From the NCBI GenBank assembly GCA_965249575.1, contig OZ252244.1, positions 2,496,001 through 2,560,000 of the forward strand: DNA of 64,000 bases. Reading direction: 5' to 3'. A model generated the notes under the pieces. It was not told where the DNA came from. It worked only from the letters and a program-made list of their open reading frames with translations, and did no database searches. A program made the translations under genes and the position numbers. Below are positions 1 to 10,567 of this stretch, piece after piece. This DNA comes from Gemmatimonadales bacterium (GTDB taxonomy: Bacteria; Gemmatimonadota; Gemmatimonadetes; Gemmatimonadales; GWC2-71-9). How positions within the stretch are numbered: the first letter of the stretch is position 1; each line of letters starts with the position of its first letter.

Positions 1-1467
1 CCCGATTTTCTCCTCGGCCCGGAATCGGCGCATCTCAATATCAGCGGTGTTTCGGGACTGGCGACTAAGACCAGCGCCGTGGAGTTCTTTCTCTCGAGCG
101 TGTTTCAGAAGTTTCCCGCGGACAAGGGACGAATCAGTGCCGTATGCTTCAACGTGAAGGGCCCGGACCTGTGTTTTCTCGATCACGCGGGAACCTTGAA
201 CGACGTGGAGCTGGAGATGTACCGGGAGCTGGGGCTCGCAGCAACGCCCTTCGAGCGGGTGGCGTATTACGCTCCCTTCAAGGCCGACGGCGTCAACCTC
301 AACACCCTCAGGTCCCATCCGGACTTGGCGCCGGACGTGCGGCCGCTCGTTTGGGGACTTCGCGAGGTGCTCGACTATCACGAGGTGCTGCTCAATCGGG
401 ACGACATCGATGCCAAGGCCGACGCCTTCATTGACTTTCTGGCTGATCGGGTGGTCGATAAGGAATTCCGAGACGAGTGGGGGCAGGTGCATCGGGTCGC
501 GAGCTTCGGCGATCTCGAGAGGCTATTCCGCGCGATTTTCGATGGGCTCGAAGGGCAGGGCCGCAGCGACATGTGGAGAACCCACCACGTCGCCACCATA
601 CGGAAGGTCCGGAACCGCCTGCTGAACATCTCGACCCGGTGCAAGGGGCTGGTCACGGACGACGGCTCCGCGAGCGACTTGCCGTTCGGGTCCTTTGAAG
701 ACCGGAGCGTATACGTGATCGACGTGGCGGGCGTCGATCAGCTCGGACAGGACTTGGTATTTACACGAGTGCTCTCGAGACTACGGGAACACCTGGAGCG
801 GCGGGATCTCGGAGTCGAGCATGTCGTGGTGTTCGCCGACGAGCTGAACAAGTACGCTTCGCAAGATGCGCCCGACAGCTATGTGCGGAAGATGTTATTG
901 GACATTTCCGAGCGGGGCCGCTACCTGGGGCTCGTGTTGTTTGGCGCGCAGCAGTTTCGGTCGCAGGTACACCGCCGTGTGGTAGGAAACGCCGGCACCC
1001 AGGTGTTCGGGCGCATGGATATGGATGAGCTCGCGACGGCTGGGTACCAGCTGTACTCGCCGGCCACCAAAATAAAACTTGCGACGCTGCCCAAGGGGGA
1101 ACTGATGGTCCGGCACCCCCATTTTACCCATCCGGTGTTCATGCGCTTCCCACGTCCGGCGGTGCTCAATGGTCGGGCTGGCGTCGAACGATATCCACCC
1201 GCGGCCGACGTGCCCTTCGATGAAGCCGTCGTGCGCCACCTCGTGGGGCTCGACCGGCGCGTGTCGCCCGCCGCCGTCCAGGACCTGATTGCCGGCCGCC
1301 GTGAGGAAGACGTGCGGCGTGCCTTGCTGGCGACTCGACGGGCGCGTCCCGCCGACGTGCTCGGACATTTCCGGGCGCGGTTGGGTCCCGCCGTGCCGCG
1401 GGACGACGTGCAGCGCATGCCCGCGACGCCCGCGCTGGAAGCGGTTGAGGACCCGTATGGGAGATAG
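1..1467 (+). CDS. herA: HerA/FtsK-family ATPase (bacterial HerA-like helicase), 5' end outside window
   Basis: Frame is open from base 1 (PDFLLGPESAHLNISGVSGLATKTS, variant Walker A); FNVKGPDL; VVFADELNKY Walker B; ERGRYLG-L-GAQQF motif; upstream of sbcD/sbcC. Confidence 0.85.
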   Translation, partial: PDFLLGPESAHLNISGVSGLATKTSAVEFFLSSVFQKFPADKGRISAVCFNVKGPDLCFLDHAGTLNDVELEMYRELGLAATPFERVAYYAPFKADGVNLNTLRSHPDLAPDVRPLVWGLREVLDYHEVLLNRDDIDAKADAFIDFLADRVVDKEFRDEWGQVHRVASFGDLERLFRAIFDGLEGQGRSDMWRTHHVATIRKVRNRLLNISTRCKGLVTDDGSASDLPFGSFEDRSVYVIDVAGVDQLGQDLVFTRVLSRLREHLERRDLGVEHVVVFADELNKYASQDAPDSYVRKMLLDISERGRYLGLVLFGAQQFRSQVHRRVVGNAGTQVFGRMDMDELATAGYQLYSPATKIKLATLPKGELMVRHPHFTHPVFMRFPRPAVLNGRAGVERYPPAADVPFDEAVVRHLVGLDRRVSPAAVQDLIAGRREEDVRRALLATRRARPADVLGHFRARLGPAVPRDDVQRMPATPALEAVEDPYGR

Positions 1468-2356
1468 ATACAAATTGGCAGCGGGTCTCGCGTTCGCGGC
1501 GGCCTTGGGAGTGGCAGGCGCCGTAGGCGTAACCGTCGCATCAGATCAAGGCACGTTTCGCCTCCGGTACCGCCCGGCGTTAGGCGCCGTTCTCCCGCGG
1601 GTAACGGAGACGATCACGCACCTCGTCTTCGTCAACCTACCCAGCCTCCCGGATAGTACGCCGGTCGAGGTCAGCACCCGGACGATGGTAACCCATCGCG
1701 TACGCGACTCTGGAACTGGACCGACGAGCGTTGATGTCTCGTACGACTCCGCTCAGACGAGAGTGCGGGTAGCCGGGGGAGCGCCGGACAACGTTCCGCT
1801 CGCGGGAGTCCAGCGGCGGTCGGTGCAATTTCGGCTCGACGAACGGATGCAAGTATCGACGATGGCCCTTGACGACGGCAGCACGGTCGATAGCAGCTTT
1901 GCACGGGCGCTTCTCGGGTACGATGGGGGGATCCATATCGTGTTGCCCGAAGAGCCGGTAGCGCCAGGTGCAACGTGGTCGTCCCCCACGCGATTCGCCA
2001 TCGGGCCGGCGCTCGGCGCCTCGGTAGGCTTCACGGCGGTCGAATTGTTGACTGGCACGCTGACTCTCCTGCTCGACAGCCTGGTCGCCCGCGGTGCCGA
2101 CACGCTGGCGTACCTGACGACCGAGGGCACGATCGGTCCCGACGCCGTCGGGGTCCGGGACGATCGCGACTTTGGCACGGCTTCCTTTCGAGGCCGCCTG
2201 GCGGGCCGCCTCGTCTGGTCCACCAGCTGGCACGGGTTCGTCTCGGGCGTCCTGAGCGGATCGATGCGGGGCACCCTCACGGTCCCGCGCCTCGACAATC
2301 CCATCGATGCGACGCTCGTCGTCAGGGTCTCGGCCTGGCACCAAGTGCGCCCTTAG
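1457..2356 (+). CDS. Exported hypothetical protein
   Basis: ATG overlaps herA end; N-terminal signal-like hydrophobic stretch; LPEEPVAPGATWS motif seen in DUF6263-like proteins. Confidence 0.65.
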   Translation: MGDRYKLAAGLAFAAALGVAGAVGVTVASDQGTFRLRYRPALGAVLPRVTETITHLVFVNLPSLPDSTPVEVSTRTMVTHRVRDSGTGPTSVDVSYDSAQTRVRVAGGAPDNVPLAGVQRRSVQFRLDERMQVSTMALDDGSTVDSSFARALLGYDGGIHIVLPEEPVAPGATWSSPTRFAIGPALGASVGFTAVELLTGTLTLLLDSLVARGADTLAYLTTEGTIGPDAVGVRDDRDFGTASFRGRLAGRLVWSTSWHGFVSGVLSGSMRGTLTVPRLDNPIDATLVVRVSAWHQVRP

Positions 2357-2359
2357 AGA

Positions 2360-3550
2360 GTGAAGGTCGCCCACCTCGCCGATCTTCACCTCGGCTTCCG
2401 GCAGTACCATCGCCAAACCCAACTTGGCATCAATCAACGCGAAGCCGATGTGGCCGCGGCGTTCCGGCGCGTCATCGAGTCGGTCATCGAACAACGCCCG
2501 GATGTTGTCCTCGTGGCGGGCGACGTGTTCCATTCCGTCCGGCCCACCAACGCGGCGATACTCGATTCGTTCAACCGCATGCGGGAGCTGCGCGTCGCGC
2601 TTCCGGGGGCTCCCGTTGTCATGATCGCCGGCGATCACGATACGCCCCGGTCAGTGGAAACGGGTAGCATTCTGAAGCTGTTCGAGGCAATCGAGGGGTT
2701 CCGGGTCGTCACCCGAGAGGCTCGGCGTTTGGTTTTCGAGACGCTGGATCTGGCGGTCCTGTGCGTTCCGCACGCGGCGCACGCTGCGTGTGGCCGCCCG
2801 CCACTCAGTCCGGAACGCGGCTTCGGCACGAACATTCTGCTGACTCACGCGTGTGTGGCCGGCGCGGTGGCTGACGAAGGGATCACACACGATTACGGAG
2901 GCGTGGTGCTCGAGCCGTCGGAGCTACAGACGGATCGGTGGGACTACGTCGCGCTGGGCCACTATCACGTCGCGCAGCCGGTCGCGGCAAACGCGTGGTA
3001 CGCTGGAGCGATCGAGTACGCCAGCCGGAATCCCTGGGGTGAGCAGCTGGACGAAGAGGCGCTGGGGCGAAAGGGGCGAAAGGGCTGGCTATTGGTCGAG
3101 ATCGGTAACGGGCTGCGCGTGCAATTGCAGGCAATCGAGTTGGCGCGCACGCTCGTGGACCTCCCTCGAATCAACGGCGCTGGCCTCGACGCGCCGCGCA
3201 TCGACGAGTTGATTACGGCGAATGCGGAGTCCATTCTTGGCGGGATCGACCACCAAGTGGTTCGCCAGGTCGTGACCGATGTCCCGCGCTTGGTTGCCAG
3301 GGAGCTGGATCAGGAGCGGGTACGGGAGTATCGGGCGCGAGCGCTTCACTACCATCTCGATGTGCGGCGCCCTCCCCCTCAGCGAACGGTGGGTGCGGGT
3401 GCGCCCGGCACCCGACGCGGACTGAGCCAGATCGTCGTCGACTACCTGCGCGAGCGCAGTGTGAGCCCCGGTGTCGATAAAGAGCGGTTGGTAACGTTGG
3501 GGCGCAAATACATGGCAAAAGTCGACGCGCAGGGCGGAGATCAAGAATGA
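2360..3550 (+). CDS. sbcD: SbcD/Mre11-family DNA repair nuclease
   Basis: HLADLHLG, VAGDVFH, GDHD (variant of GNHD), LLTH, ALGHYH metallophosphoesterase motifs. Confidence 0.9.
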   Translation: MKVAHLADLHLGFRQYHRQTQLGINQREADVAAAFRRVIESVIEQRPDVVLVAGDVFHSVRPTNAAILDSFNRMRELRVALPGAPVVMIAGDHDTPRSVETGSILKLFEAIEGFRVVTREARRLVFETLDLAVLCVPHAAHAACGRPPLSPERGFGTNILLTHACVAGAVADEGITHDYGGVVLEPSELQTDRWDYVALGHYHVAQPVAANAWYAGAIEYASRNPWGEQLDEEALGRKGRKGWLLVEIGNGLRVQLQAIELARTLVDLPRINGAGLDAPRIDELITANAESILGGIDHQVVRQVVTDVPRLVARELDQERVREYRARALHYHLDVRRPPPQRTVGAGAPGTRRGLSQIVVDYLRERSVSPGVDKERLVTLGRKYMAKVDAQGGDQE

Positions 3551-3608
3551 ACGCGGCGCGCAGGACCACGGCCCTCGGCCCGTTGGAAGACGGGGCCTGA
3601 GCCCGACA

Positions 3609-6023
3609 ATGCAGCTCCACAGCCTCAAACTCCTCAACTTCCGCCAGCATGTCGAGACCGAGCTGGTCCTCGGTCCCGGTATCACGGCCGTCATCGGTCC
3701 CAACGGGGCCGGCAAGACGACGCTGCTCGAGGCGCTGGCATGGGCATTCTACGGAAACCAGGCGGCCCGAGGAGGGCGGGACTCTATTCGGTGGAACCGC
3801 GCGCCGGCGAGGTCGCAGGTTCGCGTCGAGGTCGCCTTTACCCTCGGGGCCCACGAATACGTGGCGTCGCGGAGCCTATACGGTGCAGAGCTCTATCAAG
3901 ACGGTTCGTCGTCGCCGATCGCGAACAGTCAGCAGGCGGTGACCGACGCGCTCACCCGGCTGTTTGGCATGACCCGGGAGGAGTTCTTCCACACCTATTT
4001 CACCAGCCAGAAGGAATTGGCGGTGATGGCCGGGATGGGCCCGACCGAGCGTGGGCGTTTCTTGTCTCGGATCCTCGGATACGAGAAACTCCGGATGGCC
4101 CAGGACACGCTCCGCTCCCGGCGGTCGGAATTGAAGGGGGAGCTGGCCGGTCTCGAGCGAGGGCTGCAGAGTGTCGAACAACTCGAGGCGGAACGCCAGC
4201 AGGAAGAGCGGCGTCTCGAGTCCGTCACGAAGGCGGTTTCCGGAGCGACGAAGCAGAAGGGGGCGGCCGACGCGGCGTTTGAGACGGAGAAGCCTTCATG
4301 GGACCGGATGGTCGAGCTGAGGGATTCCGTGCGCACCCTGGACGGGGAGCGACGCTCGGCCGAGCAGAGTGTCGTGGCTGCCCGGCGGGAGTTCGACCGG
4401 CTCGATCGCGATCTCGCTGAGGTGCTCGAGGCGCAACGAGAGCTTCGGCCCGTAGATGAGGAGCTTCGGCCTGTCCCGGAGCTACGGGTCGAGCTGGATC
4501 GTCTCGACGAAGAGGCCAAGGGAGCTGGACGTCGGCGGGAGGCGGTGGGCCAACTCGAAGCAATCAAGTCGGAGGTCGAGCGCCTGGATGAGCGACTCGC
4601 CAAGATGGATGATGCGGAGCAGGTCCTGGCCGCCGCGGATGGGGCGCTGGAGCGGGCACGGGGCGATCTCGCGGATGAGCAAACGCACGAAGAGAGCGCA
4701 CACACGGCCTGGGTGCGGGACCGGCAGGATGCCGAAACCAAACGGCTGTCACTGCGCGATCAGTATCGCGAGCTGACCGCTCATAGGGGGCGGATCGTGG
4801 ATGCCGGCCCCGACGGAGAATGTCCAACATGCGGGCGGCCGCTGGGCAAGGACTACAGTACGCTCGTGGATACACTTGGGCGGCAACTGGAGGAAATCGA
4901 GATCAACGGACGTTTTTTCAAGCAGCGAGTGGAACAGCTCACCGACGAGCCCGAGGGCGTACGCGAGGCGGAGAAGCGGCGCGTCCGAGCGAATGCTCAG
5001 GTCGAGGCGGCCGTGCAGGAGGTCGCTCGGGCAACGGCCCAGGTGCGCGAAGCCGAGTCGGTGACGCGGGAACGGAAGGCGCGGGCTCGCAAGACTCGTG
5101 AGCTCGAGCGCGAGATGGCGGCACTGCCGGACGCCTACGACACCGAAAAGCACGACGAGGTCAAAGCCAGCCTTCGGAGGCTCCAGCCGCGCATCGAGCT
5201 CGCGGCACGCCTCCGCGCCCAGGCCGCGCGGGCGGAAGGACTGGTTCGAGATGCCGAAGCGGCCGAACGCTGCCTCACCGACCTGGAGGCGCTCGCAAAG
5301 CGTTTGGTCAAGCAGATCGCCGAATCCGGTTTCAGTGAATCGGTATATGAAGAAGCCAAGCATCGCTTCGAGGAGGCCGATAAGGCCGTTCGAGTTACGG
5401 AACTCAAGCTCGCCTCGCTGCAGGGCGACCTGCGCGCCGCCGAAACGGCGTTGCGGGCCGCGGCGCAACGGCTTCGGGAGTGCGCGGAGCAGGCCAAGTG
5501 CATCACGACCCTGCGGGGCGATGTCCGTCTCCATGACGAGCTGGACGCGGCGCTCGGCGATCTCCGGACCGAACTCAATGCACGCATGCGTCCGGAGCTG
5601 TCCGAGGTGGCTTCTGAGTTCCTCGTCGATCTGACCGATGGCAGGTACACGGAACTGGAACTGGACGAGGCGTACGGGATCATGCTGATGGACGGCGGAA
5701 TGCCGAAGCCCGTGATTTCGGGTGGGGAAGAGGACGTGGCCAACGTGGCCCTTCGACTGGCGATCAGTCAAATGGTTGCCGAGCGAGCCGGGCAACCGCT
5801 CTCTCTCCTTGTGCTGGACGAGATCTTCGGCAGCTTGGATGAGACGCGACGAGAACACGTGGTCGATCTGCTCCGCCGGTTGGGGAACAGATTCCCGCAA
5901 GTGGTGCTTATCACCCACATCGACTCGGTGCGGGACCGGGTCGATCGGGTTGTGCGCGTGTCCGTCGAGAATTCCACAGGGGCGGCGCGGGTCACCGAGG
6001 ACGGTGGAGGGTCGTGGTCATGA
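3609..6023 (+). CDS. sbcC: SbcC/Rad50 SMC-family ATPase
   Basis: GPNGAGKTT Walker A, long coiled coil, CPTC zinc hook, ISGGE signature, LVLDEIFGSLD, ITH. Confidence 0.92.
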   Translation: MQLHSLKLLNFRQHVETELVLGPGITAVIGPNGAGKTTLLEALAWAFYGNQAARGGRDSIRWNRAPARSQVRVEVAFTLGAHEYVASRSLYGAELYQDGSSSPIANSQQAVTDALTRLFGMTREEFFHTYFTSQKELAVMAGMGPTERGRFLSRILGYEKLRMAQDTLRSRRSELKGELAGLERGLQSVEQLEAERQQEERRLESVTKAVSGATKQKGAADAAFETEKPSWDRMVELRDSVRTLDGERRSAEQSVVAARREFDRLDRDLAEVLEAQRELRPVDEELRPVPELRVELDRLDEEAKGAGRRREAVGQLEAIKSEVERLDERLAKMDDAEQVLAAADGALERARGDLADEQTHEESAHTAWVRDRQDAETKRLSLRDQYRELTAHRGRIVDAGPDGECPTCGRPLGKDYSTLVDTLGRQLEEIEINGRFFKQRVEQLTDEPEGVREAEKRRVRANAQVEAAVQEVARATAQVREAESVTRERKARARKTRELEREMAALPDAYDTEKHDEVKASLRRLQPRIELAARLRAQAARAEGLVRDAEAAERCLTDLEALAKRLVKQIAESGFSESVYEEAKHRFEEADKAVRVTELKLASLQGDLRAAETALRAAAQRLRECAEQAKCITTLRGDVRLHDELDAALGDLRTELNARMRPELSEVASEFLVDLTDGRYTELELDEAYGIMLMDGGMPKPVISGGEEDVANVALRLAISQMVAERAGQPLSLLVLDEIFGSLDETRREHVVDLLRRLGNRFPQVVLITHIDSVRDRVDRVVRVSVENSTGAARVTEDGGGSWS

Positions 6024-6991
6024 AGATGTGGCGGCCGGACCAGCGGGTGGTTGGCCCACGGCGCGCGACGCTCGCGGACGTGGGCGTCCTGAATCGCATC
6101 TTTTCAGACGCGTTCACGGATCGGTACCGCCGGGACGGGCTGGTGGGCGTGCGAGTGCCGCAGCTCAATCCGAAGATCTGGAGTTACGCGCTGGAGGATG
6201 CCGGCGAAGGCGCGATGTTGTGGCTCGACGAGGACGACGACATCGTAGCGTTCAACATTGCGCACCACTCCGGAGTGGAGGGGTGGATGGGTCCGCTGGC
6301 CGTCCGTCCTGACCGGCAGGGGCTTGGGCTCGGCAAAGCCGTCGTCGAGACGGCGATCGACTGGCTGCGCGATCAAGGCGTCCGGACGCTCGGACTCGAG
6401 ACCATGCCGCGTACCGTCGAGAACATCGGCTTTTACAGCCGCCTGGGCTTCACGCCCGGGCACCTCACGGTCACGCTGACCGGCGAGATCGGATCTCGTG
6501 GGGGCAGGGCGCATTACACTCGCCTGAGCGCCCTCTCGGAGGCGGAGCGATCGGCCGTGCTCGAACGCTGTCGCGAGCGGCTCCAGCGGTCGGTGCCCGG
6601 ATACGACTACACACGCGAACATGAGATTACCACGGAACTCGGCATCGGCGATACGGTCGTCATCGGTGACCAGACCGTGCAGGGGTTTGCGCTCTGGCAC
6701 TCCGCGGCTCTCGCCGACTCCCGTCCTTCGGACGAGCTTCGGGTGCTGAAGCTCTTTGCCGATTCACCCAGCTCGTTCGCGCGCCTCGTTGTGGCGCTGG
6801 AGGGGTGCGCCGCCGGGCTCCGCCTCCGCCGGGTCGCGATCAGGTGCCAGAGCAGTTATGAAGAGGTCTATCACGGCCTCATCGCTAAAGGGTACCGCGT
6901 CCGATGGACGGATCTGCGCATGACCCTCGAAGCTCACCCCGAGCCCGTAGCCCCCGAGGGCGAGATTCTCCTGTCCAACTGGGAGATCTGA
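6020..6991 (+). CDS. GNAT-family N-acetyltransferase
   Basis: LAVRPDRQGLGLG acetyl-CoA motif, NIGFYSRLGF; ATGA overlap with sbcC. Confidence 0.85.
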   Translation: MKMWRPDQRVVGPRRATLADVGVLNRIFSDAFTDRYRRDGLVGVRVPQLNPKIWSYALEDAGEGAMLWLDEDDDIVAFNIAHHSGVEGWMGPLAVRPDRQGLGLGKAVVETAIDWLRDQGVRTLGLETMPRTVENIGFYSRLGFTPGHLTVTLTGEIGSRGGRAHYTRLSALSEAERSAVLERCRERLQRSVPGYDYTREHEITTELGIGDTVVIGDQTVQGFALWHSAALADSRPSDELRVLKLFADSPSSFARLVVALEGCAAGLRLRRVAIRCQSSYEEVYHGLIAKGYRVRWTDLRMTLEAHPEPVAPEGEILLSNWEI

Positions 6992-7115
6992 GGGCCGCTC
7001 GGGAGCGATGCGACGGATACAAGGGTCCATCAAACGGCCTTCAAACGGTCGATAGGCCGCTCGTGTCACAGTAGTGTGATGGCGTCAGTGCAATCTGACA
7101 AAGGCACCGGGGGCG

Positions 7116-9035
7116 ATGGGGCGACAAGAGGTCACTCGCGACACTGCGCCGGCTGAGCTCAGGGCGTTCACCAAGGCGCTCCTGAACGATCTGCGTGCGC
7201 TTGAGATGATGCTGCACGATCACGCGTTCGAGTCGGGCATCTCGAGGGTTGGAGCCGAGCAGGAGCTCTTTCTGGTCAATCGAGGGTTCCGGCCGGCGCC
7301 AGTCGCCCAAGCGGTCCTGGAATCCCTGACGGGCTCCGAGTTCGTCACAGAGCTCGCACTCTTCAATCTCGAGATCAATCTGCCGCCCTTCGAGCTCTCG
7401 GGTGGGTGTTTCGGTGAGCTTGAACGAGCCCTCGGGGACTCCATCGAGCGCGTGCGTCAGGCCGCGGCCCCGCATCGGGCCGAGCCGGTCCTGGTCGGGA
7501 TCCTGCCCACCCTCAACATGTCGGATCTGACGCTGGCCAACATCACGCCGCGCGATCGCTACTATGCGTTGAATGACGCGCTCTCCCGGATGTCGGGCGG
7601 CAGCTACGAAATTCATATGCAGGGCGTTGACGAGCTGCATATCCAGCACGATTCGGTGATGCTCGAGGGGTGCAACACGAGCTTTCAGGTCCATCTCCAG
7701 GTGGATGCCGACGATTTCCCTCGAGTGTATAACGTCGCGCAAGCCATGACGGCGCCGCTGCTCGCTGCTGCCGTGAACTCCCCGCTGCTGTTTGGAAAGC
7801 GTCTTTGGGCGGAGACGCGAATCGCTCTGTTCCACCAGGCGATGTGGACTGGCCGCACGACGGCCCACGTGCGGGAGCTGACATCGCGGGTTCGGTTCGG
7901 TGACCGATGGGTCCGCAATTCGGTTTTGGATGTCTTCAAGGAAGACATCGCGCGAATACCGGCCCTCCTCGGGACCGAGATCGAAGAGGACCCGGTACGG
8001 GAGCTGCGGGAGGGCCGGGTCCCAAAGCTGAGTGCGTTGCAGCTCTACAACGGGACGGTCTACCGGTGGAATCGTTCCTGTTACGGCGTGTTCGCGGGGA
8101 AGCCACACCTCCGCATCGAGTGTCGTGTGTTGCCGTCCGGGCCGACCGTGCTCGACGAAGTCGCGAACGCAGTGTTTTGGGTTGGGTTGGTGCGGGGTGG
8201 AGTCGAAAGATACAGTGACATCACCGAGCGTCTCGGATTCGACGACACGCGAGCGAATCTCGTGGCCGCTGCCCGGCTGGGGCTCAAGGCCGGGTTCGCC
8301 TGGCTCGATGGAAAGACCGAGGCGGCCCCCGCTCTCATTCTGGACCAGCTCCTCCCCCTCGCGCGCGACGGCCTGTTATCCGCGGGTGTGGCGGCTGGTG
8401 ACGTCGATCGTTACCTGGGCGTGATCGAGAAACGGGTCGAAACGCAGGCGACGGGGGCGCGCTGGCTCGAGCGGTCCCTGATGAAGCTCGGCACCTCCGG
8501 CACGAGGGCGGAACGGATGGCGGCGCTGACCGCAGCAGTTGCCCGCCGCCAGCAGGATGGGAAGCCATGTCACGAGTGGGACTTGGCGGAGGTCTCCGAG
8601 GGTGGGGGGTGGCGTCATCATTACCTGCAAGTCGAACAAGTCATGACGACCGATCTCTTCACCGTCCAGGAGGACGAGCTCGTCGATCTCGCGGCTTTTC
8701 TCATGGACTCGCGTAACGTGCGACAGGTCCCGGTAGAAGACGACGAACGCCGGCTGGTGGGCCTGGTCTCGTATGGAGCCGTATTGCGTCAGCTGGCGGT
8801 CGAACCTCGCTCGGAGGACGATTATGCCATCCCGGTCAAGGCCATCATGGAATCCAATCCGGTCTCGGTGACGCCGGAGACGGCCACAGTCGACGCCATT
8901 GGGTTGATGCGGGAGCACAACGTGACGTGCCTACCGGTCGTGAAAGGTGAGCGCCTCGTGGGGATCGTCAGCGTGGGTGATTTCATGCCTATCGCCGAGC
9001 GCCTGCTTCAGGAGAGGATCGGGGAGGAACTATGA
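7116..9035 (+). CDS. Glutamate-cysteine ligase (GCS2)-family protein with C-terminal CBS pair
   Basis: GAEQE, ELALFNLE, SFQVHLQ, NGTVYRWNR, HLRIECR motifs; two CBS repeats at C-terminus. Confidence 0.85.
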   Translation: MGRQEVTRDTAPAELRAFTKALLNDLRALEMMLHDHAFESGISRVGAEQELFLVNRGFRPAPVAQAVLESLTGSEFVTELALFNLEINLPPFELSGGCFGELERALGDSIERVRQAAAPHRAEPVLVGILPTLNMSDLTLANITPRDRYYALNDALSRMSGGSYEIHMQGVDELHIQHDSVMLEGCNTSFQVHLQVDADDFPRVYNVAQAMTAPLLAAAVNSPLLFGKRLWAETRIALFHQAMWTGRTTAHVRELTSRVRFGDRWVRNSVLDVFKEDIARIPALLGTEIEEDPVRELREGRVPKLSALQLYNGTVYRWNRSCYGVFAGKPHLRIECRVLPSGPTVLDEVANAVFWVGLVRGGVERYSDITERLGFDDTRANLVAAARLGLKAGFAWLDGKTEAAPALILDQLLPLARDGLLSAGVAAGDVDRYLGVIEKRVETQATGARWLERSLMKLGTSGTRAERMAALTAAVARRQQDGKPCHEWDLAEVSEGGGWRHHYLQVEQVMTTDLFTVQEDELVDLAAFLMDSRNVRQVPVEDDERRLVGLVSYGAVLRQLAVEPRSEDDYAIPVKAIMESNPVSVTPETATVDAIGLMREHNVTCLPVVKGERLVGIVSVGDFMPIAERLLQERIGEEL

Positions 9036-9036
9036 A

Positions 9037-10209
9037 TTGGTGGTGAGCGCCACGCTCCCCACTACGCGAGGCGCGGTCGAACGGGTCATCGGCCGCGTCG
9101 CGGGGTCCGCGCCCGGTCCGACTTTGCTCTGCGTAGCATCGATACATGGGAACGAGCCCGCTGGCTCTCGCGCCCTCCAGCAAGTGTTCGCCAGCCTGCA
9201 GCAAACTCAGCCGTCCATCCGCGGTGAATTCGTTGGCGTGGTCGGCAACGTGGCAGCGCTCAACAGTCAAAAGCGCTATGTGGATCTCGATCTGAATCGG
9301 TGCTGGTTACCCGAACGTATCGAGGCGTTGAGGCAAGGGAGGACGTCCCGCACGGCGGCGGAAGATACTGAACTCGTGGAACTCCTCGGCACCGTTGAGG
9401 AGGTGGCAGAGCGGGCCCGCGGGGTGGTGCACATTCTCGATCTGCACACGACGTCGGGCGAAGCGAAGCCGTTCGCCACGATCGGGGATACGCTCAGAAA
9501 TCGGGCGTTCGCAACACGCCTGCGTGTCCCGCTGATACTTGGCCTGGAGGAACACCTCGAGGGGACGTTGCTGGAGTACGTCAACAATCTCGGTCACGTG
9601 ACCGCGGGTCTTGAAGGCGGGCAGCATGACGACCAGGCGTCGGTTGACCATCTGGCGGCCGGTGTGTGGCTCGCGCTCGACGCGTCCGCCGTTCTCGTGC
9701 ACCCGAGGACGGTAGCCGCATGGGAGGGCGCGCGGGGCTTGCTCGCGCGGTCCAGAGCAGGAGTACCGTCCGTACTGGAGGTCCGTCATCGTCATCCCGT
9801 CCGGCGCGGCGACGGTTTCACGATGATGCCCGGATGGGCGACGTTTCAACCGGTGAGAAAAGGCGACGTGTTGGCGCGGGATGCTGGAGGAGATGTCCGG
9901 TCCCCGCACTCGGGCCGTGTGTTGATGCCCCTCTACCAGGCTCAGGGTGATGACGGATTCTTTGTGGTGCGGCCGGTGCGCCCGCTCTGGCTGAGGGTGT
10001 CGGCGCTCCTGCGGCGCGTACGAGCCGACCGCCTCGCGCACGGGCTACCAGGCGTGCGGCGCGATCGCGATCGGCCGGGAACGCTGCTCGTGAACCGGAC
10101 GGTCGCGCGCTGGTATGTTCTCGAGCTATTCCACTTGCTGGGTTACCGTCGGGAAAGGGTGCAGGACCGGACGCTCGTCGTGAGCCGCCGGCGGCACGAC
10201 GAGCTCTGA
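9037..10209 (+). CDS. Succinylglutamate desuccinylase/aspartoacylase-family Zn hydrolase
   Basis: IHGNEPAG, DLNR, LDLHTTS, EGGQH motifs; start approximate. Confidence 0.85.
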   Translation: MVVSATLPTTRGAVERVIGRVAGSAPGPTLLCVASIHGNEPAGSRALQQVFASLQQTQPSIRGEFVGVVGNVAALNSQKRYVDLDLNRCWLPERIEALRQGRTSRTAAEDTELVELLGTVEEVAERARGVVHILDLHTTSGEAKPFATIGDTLRNRAFATRLRVPLILGLEEHLEGTLLEYVNNLGHVTAGLEGGQHDDQASVDHLAAGVWLALDASAVLVHPRTVAAWEGARGLLARSRAGVPSVLEVRHRHPVRRGDGFTMMPGWATFQPVRKGDVLARDAGGDVRSPHSGRVLMPLYQAQGDDGFFVVRPVRPLWLRVSALLRRVRADRLAHGLPGVRRDRDRPGTLLVNRTVARWYVLELFHLLGYRRERVQDRTLVVSRRRHDEL

Positions 10210-10239
10210 GCGTCCGATGCACGACCCCGAGAGACATGT

Positions 10240-10455
10240 CTAGTCGGAAGATGAATCGTCGCCTGGTTCCCGTGTGCCGCTCTCGACGATTGCCTTGGCA
10301 AGGATCAACACTCCGATGACTAGCGGCAGGTGCGCCCATCCACTCCTGACACCCAACACCAGGGTGAGGACTACCCAGATTACGAGGGCCACCAGTGCCA
10401 ACGCGGCGAGCAACGCGGCGTTGTCGAAGCGGTTACGTCCGGCTGTTTTCGACAT
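10240..10455 (-). CDS. Small membrane protein
   Basis: 71 aa, two hydrophobic segments, GGAGG RBS upstream. Confidence 0.6.
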   Translation of the reverse strand: MSKTAGRNRFDNAALLAALALVALVIWVVLTLVLGVRSGWAHLPLVIGVLILAKAIVESGTREPGDDSSSD

Positions 10456-10533
10456 GAGCGATCGCTTCCCTCCGTGACTGAAGTCACAAAACTATGAAAG
10501 CCTGCGGCCTCGCTTACATGGCGCCTATGACTC

Positions 10534-10562
10534 TTGATTCGCTTGGTGCGGGCTCCTATATT
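10534..10562 (+). promoter_or_regulatory. Sigma70-type promoter of the ncRNA
   Basis: TTGATT-17 bp-TATATT immediately before the structured RNA. Confidence 0.6.
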
Positions 10563-10567
10563 CGCGA

